This document shows positions 29,728-40,812 of a DNA stretch of 64,000 nucleotides, one piece after another (position 1 is the first letter of the stretch; every line of letters begins with the position of its first letter). The notes beneath the pieces were generated by a model that did no database searches, was not told the origin of the DNA, and worked only from the letters and a program-made list of their open reading frames with translations. Source of the stretch: a virus; the IMG/VR virus record IMGVR_UViG_3300020390_000003, positions 1 to 64,000 of that record; one strand, given 5' to 3'. Position numbers and translations under genes: made by a program.

Positions 29728-30690
29728 ATGGCAAGTAAAACACACGTACAGTTTCAATTGATGGGCAAAAAACGCCCACGAAATTGGCAATTACCAATTA
29801 CAGGTATGATGTTACCACGATATGTTGATGGTAAATACAAAGGAAATAAACAAGTTGAATACATAAAAGGACACGATAGCATCTTTAAAGAAGATCATAT
29901 TGGTGATGAAAAACCAAGTTGGGTATGGTTTACCGATGGTCTTTTAGATGTATCAACGGGAGATTTAGCGCTATTGCAAATTCTTGAAAATCATAAAATG
30001 AAAGACCGTGTTTTTGAGAAAGTAGATGAAGATAAGCAAGCTAAAACTAACCTTGAGCTTATTGAGAAAAAGCAAAAAGCACTTGAAATGGTTGATATCG
30101 CAGACGAAGATAAAATGTATGCAATTGCTACAATTTTAGTAGGGCCACACGTGACTTCTTTTACACCTGCAATGGTAGAGCATAATCTTAAATCTATGGC
30201 ATTAGAGCAGCCGGAAAAGATTATGGAAGAAATGGATAACCCTAATTACAATGCAAAAGTATTAGGTGCGTTGGCCGTGCGTAGAGGTGTTATTGTAATC
30301 AACCCTCAGCAAACCTTGATCAGTTGGAAAAATGGAAAAGCAATTTCTCCTGTTGCAGCAGGTCAAGATCCTATTGTGAAGCTTAGTGATTTCCTTTCTG
30401 GCAAGGATGAATTGACACGTAATACGATTCAAGCAATTCAAGAAGAAATCAAACGCAGTTATAATTTCAAAAAGGATTATACTGCAGAAGAAGAACTCGC
30501 TGAATTGTTAGGTGATAATGCTCCCGAAGCTGTAACTTTGCCGGACACAGACGTTGATCCTACTGAGAAAGAATTGGAAGAAGCAAGAGCCTCTTACAAA
30601 GAAACGTTTGGCAAAGAAGTTTCAAACAACAAGAAAAACGACCTTGAGTGGATCAAGGAAAAAATAGCCGAAGGTCCTACTGAGGACTAG
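29728..30690 (+). CDS. Conserved morphogenesis-associated protein
   Basis: 320 aa immediately after the major capsid gene. Confidence 0.6.
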   Translation: MASKTHVQFQLMGKKRPRNWQLPITGMMLPRYVDGKYKGNKQVEYIKGHDSIFKEDHIGDEKPSWVWFTDGLLDVSTGDLALLQILENHKMKDRVFEKVDEDKQAKTNLELIEKKQKALEMVDIADEDKMYAIATILVGPHVTSFTPAMVEHNLKSMALEQPEKIMEEMDNPNYNAKVLGALAVRRGVIVINPQQTLISWKNGKAISPVAAGQDPIVKLSDFLSGKDELTRNTIQAIQEEIKRSYNFKKDYTAEEELAELLGDNAPEAVTLPDTDVDPTEKELEEARASYKETFGKEVSNNKKNDLEWIKEKIAEGPTED

Positions 30691-30772
30691 GATTAAAATA
30701 CTTTCCAGTTGTAATACTGGTTGTGCGTTTCCCGGACGCTTCAATCCCCTCGATAATGAGGGGATTGTCTTT

Positions 30773-31288
30773 TTATACTAATTCCTTTAAAGCTTTTTGA
30801 TAAGCATTATGGGCATCAAGTTCAACATCAAACACACCTAGTGCTATTCTTTTATTGCCAATCTCGATGGCTGACGTCCATTTTTTTCTTTTCCTATTCC
30901 AATAAACGCCTGTATATTTTGAAGAACAGCCTTTTTTATCTTTTGATGAATTTTCTCTATTAGTAATAAGTTGAAGATTTTCTAAATGATTATTTAGTCT
31001 ATTATTATCAATATGATCAACAACAATTTTGTTGGTTCCGTCTGACACATAATTTAAAAAAGCCATTGCTACTAGTCTGTGTACTTTGATATTTTGTTTT
31101 TTCCTATTAACACAGAGAATAACCATCAAATACCCCTTACCATCACTACCTGGCTTTAAAATTTTTTCATCATAATTGTACGTTCGACCGTCTTTGTAAG
31201 TTAATGTTTTGGCTAAACTTTTTACATTACCTTTATTACTCACTTGATAAAAGCCTTCATATCCTGGTATATCTTTGAAAATCTCCAT
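30773..31288 (-). CDS. NUMOD4-HNH homing endonuclease with AP2-like C-terminus
   Basis: 'FKDIPGYEGFYQVSNKGNVKS', 'VHRLVA', 'VDHIDNNRLNNHLENL'. Confidence 0.92.
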   Translation of the reverse strand: MEIFKDIPGYEGFYQVSNKGNVKSLAKTLTYKDGRTYNYDEKILKPGSDGKGYLMVILCVNRKKQNIKVHRLVAMAFLNYVSDGTNKIVVDHIDNNRLNNHLENLQLITNRENSSKDKKGCSSKYTGVYWNRKRKKWTSAIEIGNKRIALGVFDVELDAHNAYQKALKELV

Positions 31289-31300
31289 CTTTAGAATATT

Positions 31301-31627
31301 TTAATCTACTGTTTCGAGTTCGCGTGTTAATTCTTCAATATTGATATCGGGTATTCCGTTGAGTTGTGCGCATTCTTTGATGAGTGCGATGAGCTTTCCT
31401 AAATCTTCGGGTTTAAAAGCGAAGCGTGACAAGCGATAACAGTTGTAAGGCGCGTGCATAGAAATATCAAATTCGCTCAATTCGCAGCCTTGTATGCCGT
31501 TTTGGTTAACCATTATAAACACGTGGTTGATATGGTATTTATCACCTTCTACCGGCCATTTCTCTTGCGGTATTTCTTTTGGTTTGTTCTTGGCATCAAT
31601 ACAGATGCAGGGTACAGATTTACTCAT
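31301..31627 (-). CDS. Hypothetical protein
   Basis: Minus-strand island. Confidence 0.6.
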   Translation of the reverse strand: MSKSVPCICIDAKNKPKEIPQEKWPVEGDKYHINHVFIMVNQNGIQGCELSEFDISMHAPYNCYRLSRFAFKPEDLGKLIALIKECAQLNGIPDINIEELTRELETVD

Positions 31628-31638
31628 TGTTAATTTTA

Positions 31639-32121
31639 TTAAGCGTTTCGCTTTTTTATCTCATTATTTTTATAGGTAAGTAGGCAGCTCCCAAGATATT
31701 TTCGTTCGCTTTTTACGCGGCAAAATTTGGTGAGTAGCTTTAAAATATCGTGCTTGTATCGGTGAAGTATTTTGGCTTTTTTGATTATAGTGATCTCACC
31801 ATCTTTGTAATACGCTAAACCGGCAAAGTCTTGGATTTCTGAAACATCAATCATACCTTCTGGGCACACATACCAAAAGTAGTTTGGTATTCCTTTTTCT
31901 ATTCTCATGTCATAGTAGCGCCACTTTGATTTCTTTGCATCTGCTTTAAAATCTGATCTGCTAATCTTAACTTCATATTCAACCACATAGCCGCTTTTTA
32001 AAATGCTTGCTACATCTGATTCACTACAAAAGAAAAAGTTGCTCAAATTCTCACAAGGTAGATTTCCTTTGAGTACTTCGGCTTTACAAATAGCGCTTTG
32101 TATTGCTTTGGTTTTTTTCAT
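31639..32121 (-). CDS. MmcB-like PD-(D/E)xK nuclease
   Basis: 'ESDV...EYEVKISRSDFKADAKK', 'NYFWYVCP'. Confidence 0.75.
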   Translation of the reverse strand: MKKTKAIQSAICKAEVLKGNLPCENLSNFFFCSESDVASILKSGYVVEYEVKISRSDFKADAKKSKWRYYDMRIEKGIPNYFWYVCPEGMIDVSEIQDFAGLAYYKDGEITIIKKAKILHRYKHDILKLLTKFCRVKSERKYLGSCLLTYKNNEIKKRNA

Positions 32122-32423
32122 TATTCAAATGAATTTAAATCGCCTTCAGCTCTAAACTTAGTTAGCTGTGAAAGTTCTTTGAGAAGGATTTTGTTTTTTA
32201 CTTCGCTATCCTCCAAGAATAATTCCATCAAGGCTTGAAGTATTGCAAAAGTTTCAATACTGTACAGGTTATCAGTTTTTAAGATTTTACGTTCTTTAAA
32301 AGATGCAAGGGTCTTGGTTACTACTCGAAAAGCTTTATATCCTTCTTTATCTTGACACAGGTAAATGCCTATTCGCTTATTATTTCCTTTTGCTTGGATA
32401 AATTTTAGTACTTTGTTACTCAT
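32121..32423 (-). CDS. Hypothetical protein
   Basis: Coupled ORF. Confidence 0.55.
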   Translation of the reverse strand: MSNKVLKFIQAKGNNKRIGIYLCQDKEGYKAFRVVTKTLASFKERKILKTDNLYSIETFAILQALMELFLEDSEVKNKILLKELSQLTKFRAEGDLNSFE

Positions 32424-32680
32424 TTCTCGGCTTCTATAATTCGTTGTTCTAGTTTTTGGTACAGATTCATTAAGGCTATCAAGTGATCACGTAATTGATC
32501 TTTATCAGCATTGTTTACTAAAGCGTGTTGTGCATCACGCACAGGTTTGATATCCTTTTTAAATTGCTTGTGGGAATAGCAGGTGCAGCAACTTTTATCT
32601 TCTTGATGTAATGAGCCGTAACAACCCGGAATTAAAATCTTTTCACCGGTATCAGGATCTTTCACATAGTGGCACACCAT
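32420..32680 (-). CDS. Cys-rich hypothetical protein
   Basis: 'CHY...IPGC...CCTC'. Confidence 0.55.
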   Translation of the reverse strand: MVCHYVKDPDTGEKILIPGCYGSLHQEDKSCCTCYSHKQFKKDIKPVRDAQHALVNNADKDQLRDHLIALMNLYQKLEQRIIEAEK

Positions 32681-32870
32681 TATTCTTACATTTACAGGTT
32701 TCGTTTTTCATCCAGCAATCACATTGGCGGCTGATTTCGGTATCGAGGTTAAGGCTTGTTTGGGTCATTTTTCAAATAGTGTTTTTCCGGTTAAAACTGT
32801 TTTACCGCAAGAAGTACACTTCATTAAAGTTCTTCCTTGAAGCGTAACACCTGTATTCTGTAAAGTATGC

Positions 32871-33215
32871 TTATGCGTGTAGATCAGTTTCATCGTTCTT
32901 GTTTTTAGCAATAGTCACATCTAACTGCGCAGCCATAAGCGCACCAGACTTTTCAAATTCGCGTTGGCGGTTGTCCGGTGTTGGGTTCCAAAATTCTTGA
33001 TGCCACGGCCAAAATTCTTCTCTACGCCAATCTGTATTATTCATTGCGTATGCTAATGACGCGGAAGCCAATTCCTCATTTTCGTAATAGACTTGAAGAT
33101 CGCGCTCAAAATCATAGCCTTTAACTTCTTTTTGTCTTGCGCGTTCTTTACAGATTGCAGCGCATCCGGCGCCAAATTCTTTTTCGATTGCTTCTAATAA
33201 TTCTTGTCGTTTCAT
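32871..33215 (-). CDS. Conserved phage protein with ERxRQ...WPW motifs
   Basis: 'KERARQKEVKGY...ELASAS.AY...WPW...W.P...GALMAA'. Confidence 0.7.
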   Translation of the reverse strand: MKRQELLEAIEKEFGAGCAAICKERARQKEVKGYDFERDLQVYYENEELASASLAYAMNNTDWRREEFWPWHQEFWNPTPDNRQREFEKSGALMAAQLDVTIAKNKNDETDLHA

Positions 33216-33761
33216 CGTTTATATTGGTTTTAAATTACTTCTCTTGATCTCTGGCATCCCATATAAAGTATAGCCTTAAGCTGATATCTTTATCGCAGCA
33301 CGTGCACAAGTATTCTGCCCTTCCTAGTCTTTTGATTTCAGCATTGCAGCACGGGGATTTTTCCATTACGGTAGTATGTGAAATTCCTCACTTTTTTTGG
33401 CGTATCTGGCGACAAAGTGTTTTTGGGCTGCTTTAAAAGCTTCCATCGCTTTGTCTGGTGGAAACGTGTTAAACATTGTTTCGGCGAATGCTTCTCCTTT
33501 TAATTGCGCCTCAGACTTTAGCTGCATTGCGCTTTCTGCTTTTTTAAGTAGTGACATATTACTTTTTGATTAAATCCTTTACAATTTGCTTTACGCGCTC
33601 TGTGGGGTTGCATTTATCTACCCAAAAATCAAAGCTTTGCAGGGTGCTCATATTGATCCCTAGCGTGATCTTATCTAGATTGACTTTTTTGCATATCATT
33701 GTCTTAGCGATATGCCCTAACCCATTAAAATACGGGCTGTTCTTTAAGGTGTGTTGTGTGA

Positions 33762-33968
33762 TCATTTCTTAAAAATTAAAATGTTGTTGATGCCTTCACG
33801 CACGGTAAAGACGTTGTTATCATTCAGATCATTGAGCGCATCGCGTATTTCTAAAAAGGTGGAGTTTAGATGTTGTGCAATTTGAATGGCACTTATACCG
33901 CATTTCCCTCCCGTTTTTTCGTGATAATCTTCAATCACTTTTATGATCTGCTGCTCCTGTTCTGTCAT
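33762..33968 (-). CDS. Small winged-helix protein
   Basis: 'QIAQHLN....IRDALNDL......VREGIN'. Confidence 0.55.
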   Translation of the reverse strand: MTEQEQQIIKVIEDYHEKTGGKCGISAIQIAQHLNSTFLEIRDALNDLNDNNVFTVREGINNILIFKK

Positions 33969-34012
33969 TTACACCAAATATATATCTGATTTACATTAAA
34001 TATAAACTTATT

Positions 34013-34061
34013 TAATACTATAATTCTATTATTTTTGTATTAGATATAATTTTTATTTATA
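34013..34061 (+). promoter_or_regulatory. Conserved late-type promoter, copy identical to 50785-50833
   Basis: 49-bp exact repeat containing TTCTAT-TATTTTTG (TAnnTTTG). Confidence 0.8.
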
Positions 34062-34066
34062 CCGGA

Positions 34067-34756
34067 ATGATTAATCGTATAAAAAAGAAGGTGGAGTTTT
34101 TCTTGAATACTGAGGCGCGAGGCAACTTTACACCGCAGTCTTTTGAAGAAGCATTGCACGATGCTATACAAGGCCGTAATGAAGAATATTTTTACGACTT
34201 AAACCGATTGATCGTTAGAGAAAACCGCGCGATGATCACCGGCGGTATTGCAAACATCACTGATAAATACAGTGAGAAGATTTTGCACTACTTAGAAGAA
34301 ACAAGTCCTATTCCTGTGGTGAATAAGCGTATTACTTTGCCTGATGATTGGCGCTATTTAGACGTTTCAGAATTTTCAGATGGTAGTATGATTGAGTTTT
34401 GCAAGGATAAGCGCGAGTTTAATATTCTAAAGACTGAAGCTACCAAGCAATATCCTGTGTGTATGCTGGCCGGGAATGTATTGTCAATCGCTCCGGCTAC
34501 CGACACCGATACGGTAACGCTATCCTACCTGAGACAAGTAAAATATCCTAAATGGACCTACACTACGATTGATGATGTAGAACTTTTTAATCCGGATGCC
34601 GCCGATTTTCAAGATGCAGATATTCACCCGAGCGAAGAAAATGAAATGGTGCGCCGCGTGTTGATGGCTTTTGGCGTAAATCTTAGCCAAACAGATATTT
34701 TGAATTTCACTGTAAACGAAGAAAGAACGGATAATCAACAAGAAAACCAAACATAA
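34067..34756 (+). CDS. Tail tubular / head-tail adaptor protein
   Basis: Position and 'SYLRQVKYPKW' motif typical of crAss-related tail ring proteins. Confidence 0.7.
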   Translation: MINRIKKKVEFFLNTEARGNFTPQSFEEALHDAIQGRNEEYFYDLNRLIVRENRAMITGGIANITDKYSEKILHYLEETSPIPVVNKRITLPDDWRYLDVSEFSDGSMIEFCKDKREFNILKTEATKQYPVCMLAGNVLSIAPATDTDTVTLSYLRQVKYPKWTYTTIDDVELFNPDAADFQDADIHPSEENEMVRRVLMAFGVNLSQTDILNFTVNEERTDNQQENQT

Positions 34757-35322
34757 TGGAAGAGTGGAAAGATGTTAATGGGTATGAGGGAATGTACCAA
34801 ATATCTAACAAAGGGAACGTACGCTCTTTGGATAGAATTTCCTATCACAAGAGAGGAGTGAGTAGATACAAAGGGAAACCTAAAAAAAAACGTATGTCGA
34901 CTTTTGGTTATTGGATGGTTAGTTTTTCTAAAGAAAATAAAAGCAAGAATTTCTACGTACACAAATTAATGGGGATTGCATTCATTCCTAATCCAAAAAA
35001 TAAAAAGTTTATTAATCATAAAAATGGCATTAAAACCGATAATCAATTAGAAAATTTAGAATGGGTTACTCATAGTGAAAATATGAATCACGCACTTGAC
35101 ACAGGTCTTAGAGTTATGCCTAAAGGTGTTAAAGTCTACAATTCAAAATTAAACCCAGAAATTATTATATCCGCTAGAAAGGAATACAGCAGAGGTGGTA
35201 TAACTTATCAAGAAATAGCAGATAAAAACGGTGTATGTAAAAGAGTTATGATGAATGCAATGAAAGGAAAACACTGGCAGCATGTTACAGAATGTTTGGA
35301 CTATGAATCTAAAAAATATTAA
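34756..35322 (+). CDS. NUMOD4-HNH homing endonuclease
   Basis: 'EEWKDVNGYEGMYQISNKGNVRS', 'INHKNGIKTDNQLENLEWVT'. Confidence 0.92.
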   Translation: MEEWKDVNGYEGMYQISNKGNVRSLDRISYHKRGVSRYKGKPKKKRMSTFGYWMVSFSKENKSKNFYVHKLMGIAFIPNPKNKKFINHKNGIKTDNQLENLEWVTHSENMNHALDTGLRVMPKGVKVYNSKLNPEIIISARKEYSRGGITYQEIADKNGVCKRVMMNAMKGKHWQHVTECLDYESKKY

Positions 35323-35324
35323 TT

Positions 35325-36140
35325 ATGGCAGCACAAACACCGTCAGAATATTATGCAGATGATGCAAGTTGGGGAAACTACCAGTTTATCACGCTGAAAG
35401 AATTGGTAGATGAAATGCTTGCCGATAGTACTGATAGTGATAGTTACCTTGCTAATACCAAGCGATCACAAATTGTACGCAATCTTAAACGCGGTATTAA
35501 AGAACTCAATAGAGATACTAAAAAAACCGTGTATGCTGCACAGCTTACGCTAGGTCCTAAATTATATTTTGCCTTACCTCAAAGCTATATTGATTGGGTG
35601 CGTGTTTCGGTAATTGACGAGCACGGCCGTATGCAGCCGCTTAACATCAATAACAAGATCAACACCGCCGCAGGATATCTTCAGAATTATAAGCACGAGC
35701 TTTTATTTGATTATCAAGGCCAATTGCTTACTACCGATATGGCCAATGCGTTTCAAAAACCTTTTATACGCCATACGGTTTGCACCACCAATGATACTTC
35801 GTTGCTTTCCAAATTTGGGGAGTTTAAGGTAAGTGATGATCGTAGCACTATTCATTTCAGTTCTAATCTGCAGGGTAAAGATATTGTGATCGAGTACTTG
35901 TCTGATGGTTTAGAAATGGAGAAGATTAAAGAAACTGAAATCAAGGTGAACAAAAGCTTAACCCAAGCTATACGTTGGTTTGCAATTTCAGAAATTCTTG
36001 CATTACGCCGCAATGCTACGCAGTATGATAAAACCACCACACGCAATCGCTATTTAAAAGAACGTCACAAAGCTTTAATAGATGCTTTGAATTTAGATTT
36101 TAATGAGATTGCCCGTGTAATCCCTTCAATGCCCAACTAA
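35325..36140 (+). CDS. Tail ring/structural protein
   Basis: 'LPQSYIDWVRVS', 'IVIEYLSDGL'. Confidence 0.7.
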   Translation: MAAQTPSEYYADDASWGNYQFITLKELVDEMLADSTDSDSYLANTKRSQIVRNLKRGIKELNRDTKKTVYAAQLTLGPKLYFALPQSYIDWVRVSVIDEHGRMQPLNINNKINTAAGYLQNYKHELLFDYQGQLLTTDMANAFQKPFIRHTVCTTNDTSLLSKFGEFKVSDDRSTIHFSSNLQGKDIVIEYLSDGLEMEKIKETEIKVNKSLTQAIRWFAISEILALRRNATQYDKTTTRNRYLKERHKALIDALNLDFNEIARVIPSMPN

Positions 36141-39100
36141 TGCTTAGACAAAATTTCATATCAGGTAGAATGAACAAGGATGCAGATATACGTTTGCTTC
36201 CTAAAGGTGAATATCGCGATGCTTTTGGTATTGAAGTGATCAACAGTGAAGGTGATGATGTAGGCGCTATTGAACCGATGTTATCAAATAAGCAACTCAC
36301 GAGTTACGATGTAGGTGCCAATCCTTACGATATGGGGGATTATGCTGATGAGTTTCGCAAGAAGATTTATTGGCTTGTCGTTTCTGATTCCGGAAGTTTT
36401 CTATTTGAATGGGATGATACAAACAAAGTACAATCTTTAGTACTTGGCGATACCCGGCCAGAGACTACACGCGTATTTAATCTACACAAAGACTATATGG
36501 TGACCGGTATGGTAAAAGTCACCACCCAGAATGTAGAAGATGATTTGCTTTTGTTTACCGATGATAATATGCAACCTATTTGCATTAACATCGAGCGCGC
36601 AAAATCTTGGGGAGTTAATGGTTTTGTTGAAGAAGATATTTTACTCATTAAAAAGCCACCGCGTTACGCACCAAGTATTACACCTACCTATACCAATGAC
36701 GGCAGCAATAACATTGAAGAACGCTTTTTACTATTTGCTTATCGCTATCGCTATTTAGATGGGGAATATAGTGCCCCGTCAGATTTCAGCAATTACAATT
36801 TTAATCCTAAGCCTTTTGATCTTGATTATTTCAGCTTAGACAACTTGGGGATGATCAATGCGTTTAACGCAGTAAAGATTGACTTTAATACCGGTGAACG
36901 CCAGGTGACGGAAATACAGCTTTTGGTAAAAGAAAGTCTAAGTAACAACCTAAGTATCATTGAAACCTTTAGCAAAGAGAAAGAAGGATGGGGAGACAAC
37001 TTGATCAAGAGTTTTGTTTTTGCCAATGATAAATCGGTTACAGATTTACCCAGCGATCAATTGTTGCGCAGCTTTGACAATGTGCCTTTAAAAGCAAAAG
37101 CCTTATCCCTTATAGAAAACTTGCCGGTATTCTCAAACTACCTTGAAGGCTACGATATCAAGGACCAAGACGGCAACGAAATAAATATCGATTATAATAT
37201 CGCGCTTCAAAACAACATCATTGAAAGCGGTGATGATTTAACGATCGCTATTTCGCCGGATACAAAACTTGCAGTCACCAATCCTAATAATTATCCACTT
37301 ACCGAAGGCCGTCGAATAGTGATTGATTTATCTATGGAGATCAACGGGCTACCGGGATATGATAATTCTTTTTTTCATACGCTTGATAGCGATTATCCTA
37401 CGCTTCACAATGTATTTAATAGCCTTGAGTTTAGAAACTTGCTTGAAGTGATCAATAGTGATTTTCAGAAAAATTACAATCAGCAAGGCGAATACAGCGT
37501 TCCTCCTTCTTACACTTTATCCCAAGATCCTGAGATCACCTATGCCCAAGAAGTTGGCGTTCCTACTTTTACCGTAAGTCCGGTAACATTTACCGATTCT
37601 GACAATGGCGGTGCCACGGTAGAAGTGCCTATCACCTTTGCAGAAAGCAGCAACTTTGGTGTAGTGGATAATATCAATAGCGGCACTTGTAAAACCAACC
37701 GTAATTATGAGGTTGGTCCTGTGTATATGGATAAGTATGGTAGGCGCTCTACTGTGCTCACTTCAAAAAACAATACGCTTTTTATTCCGCAAGAATATTC
37801 TGTGTTTCAGAATAAGTTGATTGCTACAATCAATAGCCCGGCACCGTATTGGGCAGACCGCTATAAGCTTGTGGTAAAAGCCACACCATTAGCATATCAA
37901 ACCATTTACATCACAGAGTTTTATTCTGAGGACTTTTTCACATGGTGCAAGCTAGAAGGTAAGAATAAAGATAAAGTTGTGATTGGTGACTTCCTGATCG
38001 TGAAAAAGGCCGGTGATCAGATTGTTGCTGAGCCTATCAAAGTCAAGGTGCTTGACATTAAAGAATTTGACGAGGACTTTATCAAGAACAATACAGATCA
38101 AGAAGGTGAAGATATTATTGAGCGAGCTGGACTTTATATGAAAATTAGACCATTGGGCTTTTCAATGGATAATGATGATTTTGATGTTGAAACAAGAAAA
38201 TCTCCGATAGGAGCAAATAAAAGTGGTTATCCTAGAACTGTACTTGATTTATTTACATCAGGAACAGACCCCGATTTGCAAGAGTTGGCTATACCTGCAG
38301 GAACTTCAATTACATTACGCTTAAATAGTTCACGTAATTATGATGATGGTTGGGTAAATATAGATTATGATAATGAGTTTTATGCTCAAAGGGATTATGA
38401 TACAATAGAAGATTGGTTTGACGAAATAATCTTTGGGCGCACTTCTTTAAAAGCAGATGATGGAAGCGGTGAGTTTGATTATGATTATTTAGATAGTCCT
38501 GACCCTAATCGTGAAAATATGGAACTTATTCGCGATGAAAATGGTTATTTAAAGCTAATTGTATGGGGGCTTTTATCTGGAGGAACGCGCAATCGTAGAG
38601 GCCGAGTAAGTGCAGAAATTATTGTGCGCACCGGTAGCGGTGTTTATGCTTTTGAAACCTTACCCAAGCAAGCAGAAAGTGAACGTTTCTATGAGACAGC
38701 ACAATGCTTTGATATCGTTAATGGCAATCACTTAGGAAACACCCAAGATCAAGATTTTGAAAATGGAGCTCCGGCGATTGTAGAAATGGACTTTTTTAAT
38801 TGCTATACACAAGGCAATGGTATAGAAAGTTTTCGGGTGCGCGATGAATTTAATACCAACTATCTAAGCATCGACACCAGACCATCATCAACAAGCGTTG
38901 AGCAGTATAGAGCCGTGCGTAGATTCGCCGATATGACTTACGGTAAGCCTTATATTGAAAGCACCAATATTAATGGCTTAAACGAGTTTAATTTAAGTAA
39001 TGCCAATTTCAAAGAGTTAGACAAGCAGTATGGTAGCATTCAGAAAACTTTAAATCGAGAAGGCAATATCCTTGTGCTTCAAGAAGAAAAAGCCGGTTAT

Positions 39101-40801
39101 GTGCTGTTTGGTAAAGATTTGCTTACCACCGCAAACGGCGAAAGCGTACTAAGTAAAATTCCGGAGGTCCTTGGGAGTTATAGAACTTATGCCGGTAATA
39201 ATGGTGTAGGCAATAATCCGGAGAGTGTTGCGGTTGACGGTGATCGTGTCTATTGGGCAAATGCCAGACGCGGCACACCAGTAAGATTATCTATTGACGG
39301 CACCACCGAAATCAATTACGGGATGGTTGCGCATTTTAGAAACCTGTTCATTCAAAATCCTACTTCGCGCAAGATTGGCGGTTATGACCCGTATTTTAAA
39401 AAATACACTTTGACCATTGAAGATGAAGTAGCACAAACCTTAAATGCGTATTGTGGCAACGTAATTCACAAAACTATAACGGAACCATTCACCTACATTC
39501 TAAACCTCAATTATTTACTAGGCGATACCGTGCTTAACTTTAATGTTTCTGATGGAGAAGCAAACATTGTTGCAACGTATGCCGGAAGCCCATATACTGC
39601 CAATGGAGTGACCGGCCTTGCAACTTTGACTATACCGCGCACAGATTTAGAAGAACGACAAGTGGTGATCACTATAACGCCGGTAACGGCCAGCGCTCAA
39701 GTACAAGTAACCCATACGTGCCCGGTAGGATTACCAATGAAAGTGATAAGCATTGTACTTGCCGATGAAGATGATCTAGGCAGAACGATGATCAACCGCT
39801 ACCGATGGGGAGCGAGTTCGTTCTTTAGCGAGGACCACTTATTCCAAAACTCAGAATTGAGTCAGTTTGTTATTGAAAGCGGACTTGAAGGTACAAGCAA
39901 ATTCCCTAAACGCGGTACTTCTGTGAATATTCAAGCATATAAAGACGGCAGCAATACCGGAAGTTTTAAAGTAGATCGCGAGAATAAATTAGGGTATTTG
40001 ATAAGCAGCGCTAATTACACCGATGCTGATTTAGAAACGATCCTTACTGAAGCAACATTTTTAGAAACTACCAATACGCAGATATCGTTAACCAACTTTA
40101 TTGATCAAGCAAGCTTTGCTTTTGACCGTCCTAATGGGGATGAAAACCTGTATTTAATTTGGGATTATCGCGATAACGAATTGGCTATTAATGTCGATAC
40201 TAAAATCATATTTGCTTTTGATGCTTCTGGAAGTATGGATGCGACATTGGCACCGCTTCAAACAATGAAAGATACAATTCTCAAAGATCGATTATTGCCT
40301 TTGTATGACAATGATTCTGATTTATATGATGAAAGTGTAGAGATCATTGCTTGGGGAAGCGGCTCAGGTGATCAATATCCTGAGTATAATGAGCAGACCT
40401 TACAAGCGCTGAATATGTTTGGCGATACACCAGAAGGTAATGTGATTGTAATGGTATTCCAAGATGAGGCGAGCAATATTTACGAAGATGGAACCTTTGA
40501 CCCTGTTGATCCACGTACTGCCACGTATGACGCTGATATGACCACGTTACGCACCAGACTTAATTCATTTCCTAATAATTATTATCGCGGTGTGATTTTC
40601 CAGGTAGAGCCAGCAAGCGGCACCAGCTTCAAAGATTTTATACAAGCAATACAAAACGGTACAGGCAACTACTCAGGCAATAACGGGCTAAGCAACCGTG
40701 GAGAGTTCAACTACAAATATGATATTGCTGATGGAGAGACACCGCAATACTACTTAGACAAGATTGTAGAAGCATTAACCGAATTAGGATATACACTTTA
40801 A
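36140..40801 (+). CDS. Tail stabilisation (P22 gp10-like/muzzle) protein, N-terminal part, with C-terminal vWA domain
   Basis: 'GRMNKDAD.RLLPKGEYRDA', 'FAYRYRYLDGEYS', 'YGSIQK', 'NPES', 'GGYDPY'; MIDAS 'DASGSM'. Confidence 0.8.
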   Translation: MLRQNFISGRMNKDADIRLLPKGEYRDAFGIEVINSEGDDVGAIEPMLSNKQLTSYDVGANPYDMGDYADEFRKKIYWLVVSDSGSFLFEWDDTNKVQSLVLGDTRPETTRVFNLHKDYMVTGMVKVTTQNVEDDLLLFTDDNMQPICINIERAKSWGVNGFVEEDILLIKKPPRYAPSITPTYTNDGSNNIEERFLLFAYRYRYLDGEYSAPSDFSNYNFNPKPFDLDYFSLDNLGMINAFNAVKIDFNTGERQVTEIQLLVKESLSNNLSIIETFSKEKEGWGDNLIKSFVFANDKSVTDLPSDQLLRSFDNVPLKAKALSLIENLPVFSNYLEGYDIKDQDGNEINIDYNIALQNNIIESGDDLTIAISPDTKLAVTNPNNYPLTEGRRIVIDLSMEINGLPGYDNSFFHTLDSDYPTLHNVFNSLEFRNLLEVINSDFQKNYNQQGEYSVPPSYTLSQDPEITYAQEVGVPTFTVSPVTFTDSDNGGATVEVPITFAESSNFGVVDNINSGTCKTNRNYEVGPVYMDKYGRRSTVLTSKNNTLFIPQEYSVFQNKLIATINSPAPYWADRYKLVVKATPLAYQTIYITEFYSEDFFTWCKLEGKNKDKVVIGDFLIVKKAGDQIVAEPIKVKVLDIKEFDEDFIKNNTDQEGEDIIERAGLYMKIRPLGFSMDNDDFDVETRKSPIGANKSGYPRTVLDLFTSGTDPDLQELAIPAGTSITLRLNSSRNYDDGWVNIDYDNEFYAQRDYDTIEDWFDEIIFGRTSLKADDGSGEFDYDYLDSPDPNRENMELIRDENGYLKLIVWGLLSGGTRNRRGRVSAEIIVRTGSGVYAFETLPKQAESERFYETAQCFDIVNGNHLGNTQDQDFENGAPAIVEMDFFNCYTQGNGIESFRVRDEFNTNYLSIDTRPSSTSVEQYRAVRRFADMTYGKPYIESTNINGLNEFNLSNANFKELDKQYGSIQKTLNREGNILVLQEEKAGYVLFGKDLLTTANGESVLSKIPEVLGSYRTYAGNNGVGNNPESVAVDGDRVYWANARRGTPVRLSIDGTTEINYGMVAHFRNLFIQNPTSRKIGGYDPYFKKYTLTIEDEVAQTLNAYCGNVIHKTITEPFTYILNLNYLLGDTVLNFNVSDGEANIVATYAGSPYTANGVTGLATLTIPRTDLEERQVVITITPVTASAQVQVTHTCPVGLPMKVISIVLADEDDLGRTMINRYRWGASSFFSEDHLFQNSELSQFVIESGLEGTSKFPKRGTSVNIQAYKDGSNTGSFKVDRENKLGYLISSANYTDADLETILTEATFLETTNTQISLTNFIDQASFAFDRPNGDENLYLIWDYRDNELAINVDTKIIFAFDASGSMDATLAPLQTMKDTILKDRLLPLYDNDSDLYDESVEIIAWGSGSGDQYPEYNEQTLQALNMFGDTPEGNVIVMVFQDEASNIYEDGTFDPVDPRTATYDADMTTLRTRLNSFPNNYYRGVIFQVEPASGTSFKDFIQAIQNGTGNYSGNNGLSNRGEFNYKYDIADGETPQYYLDKIVEALTELGYTL

Positions 40802-40812
40802 ATCATAATACA

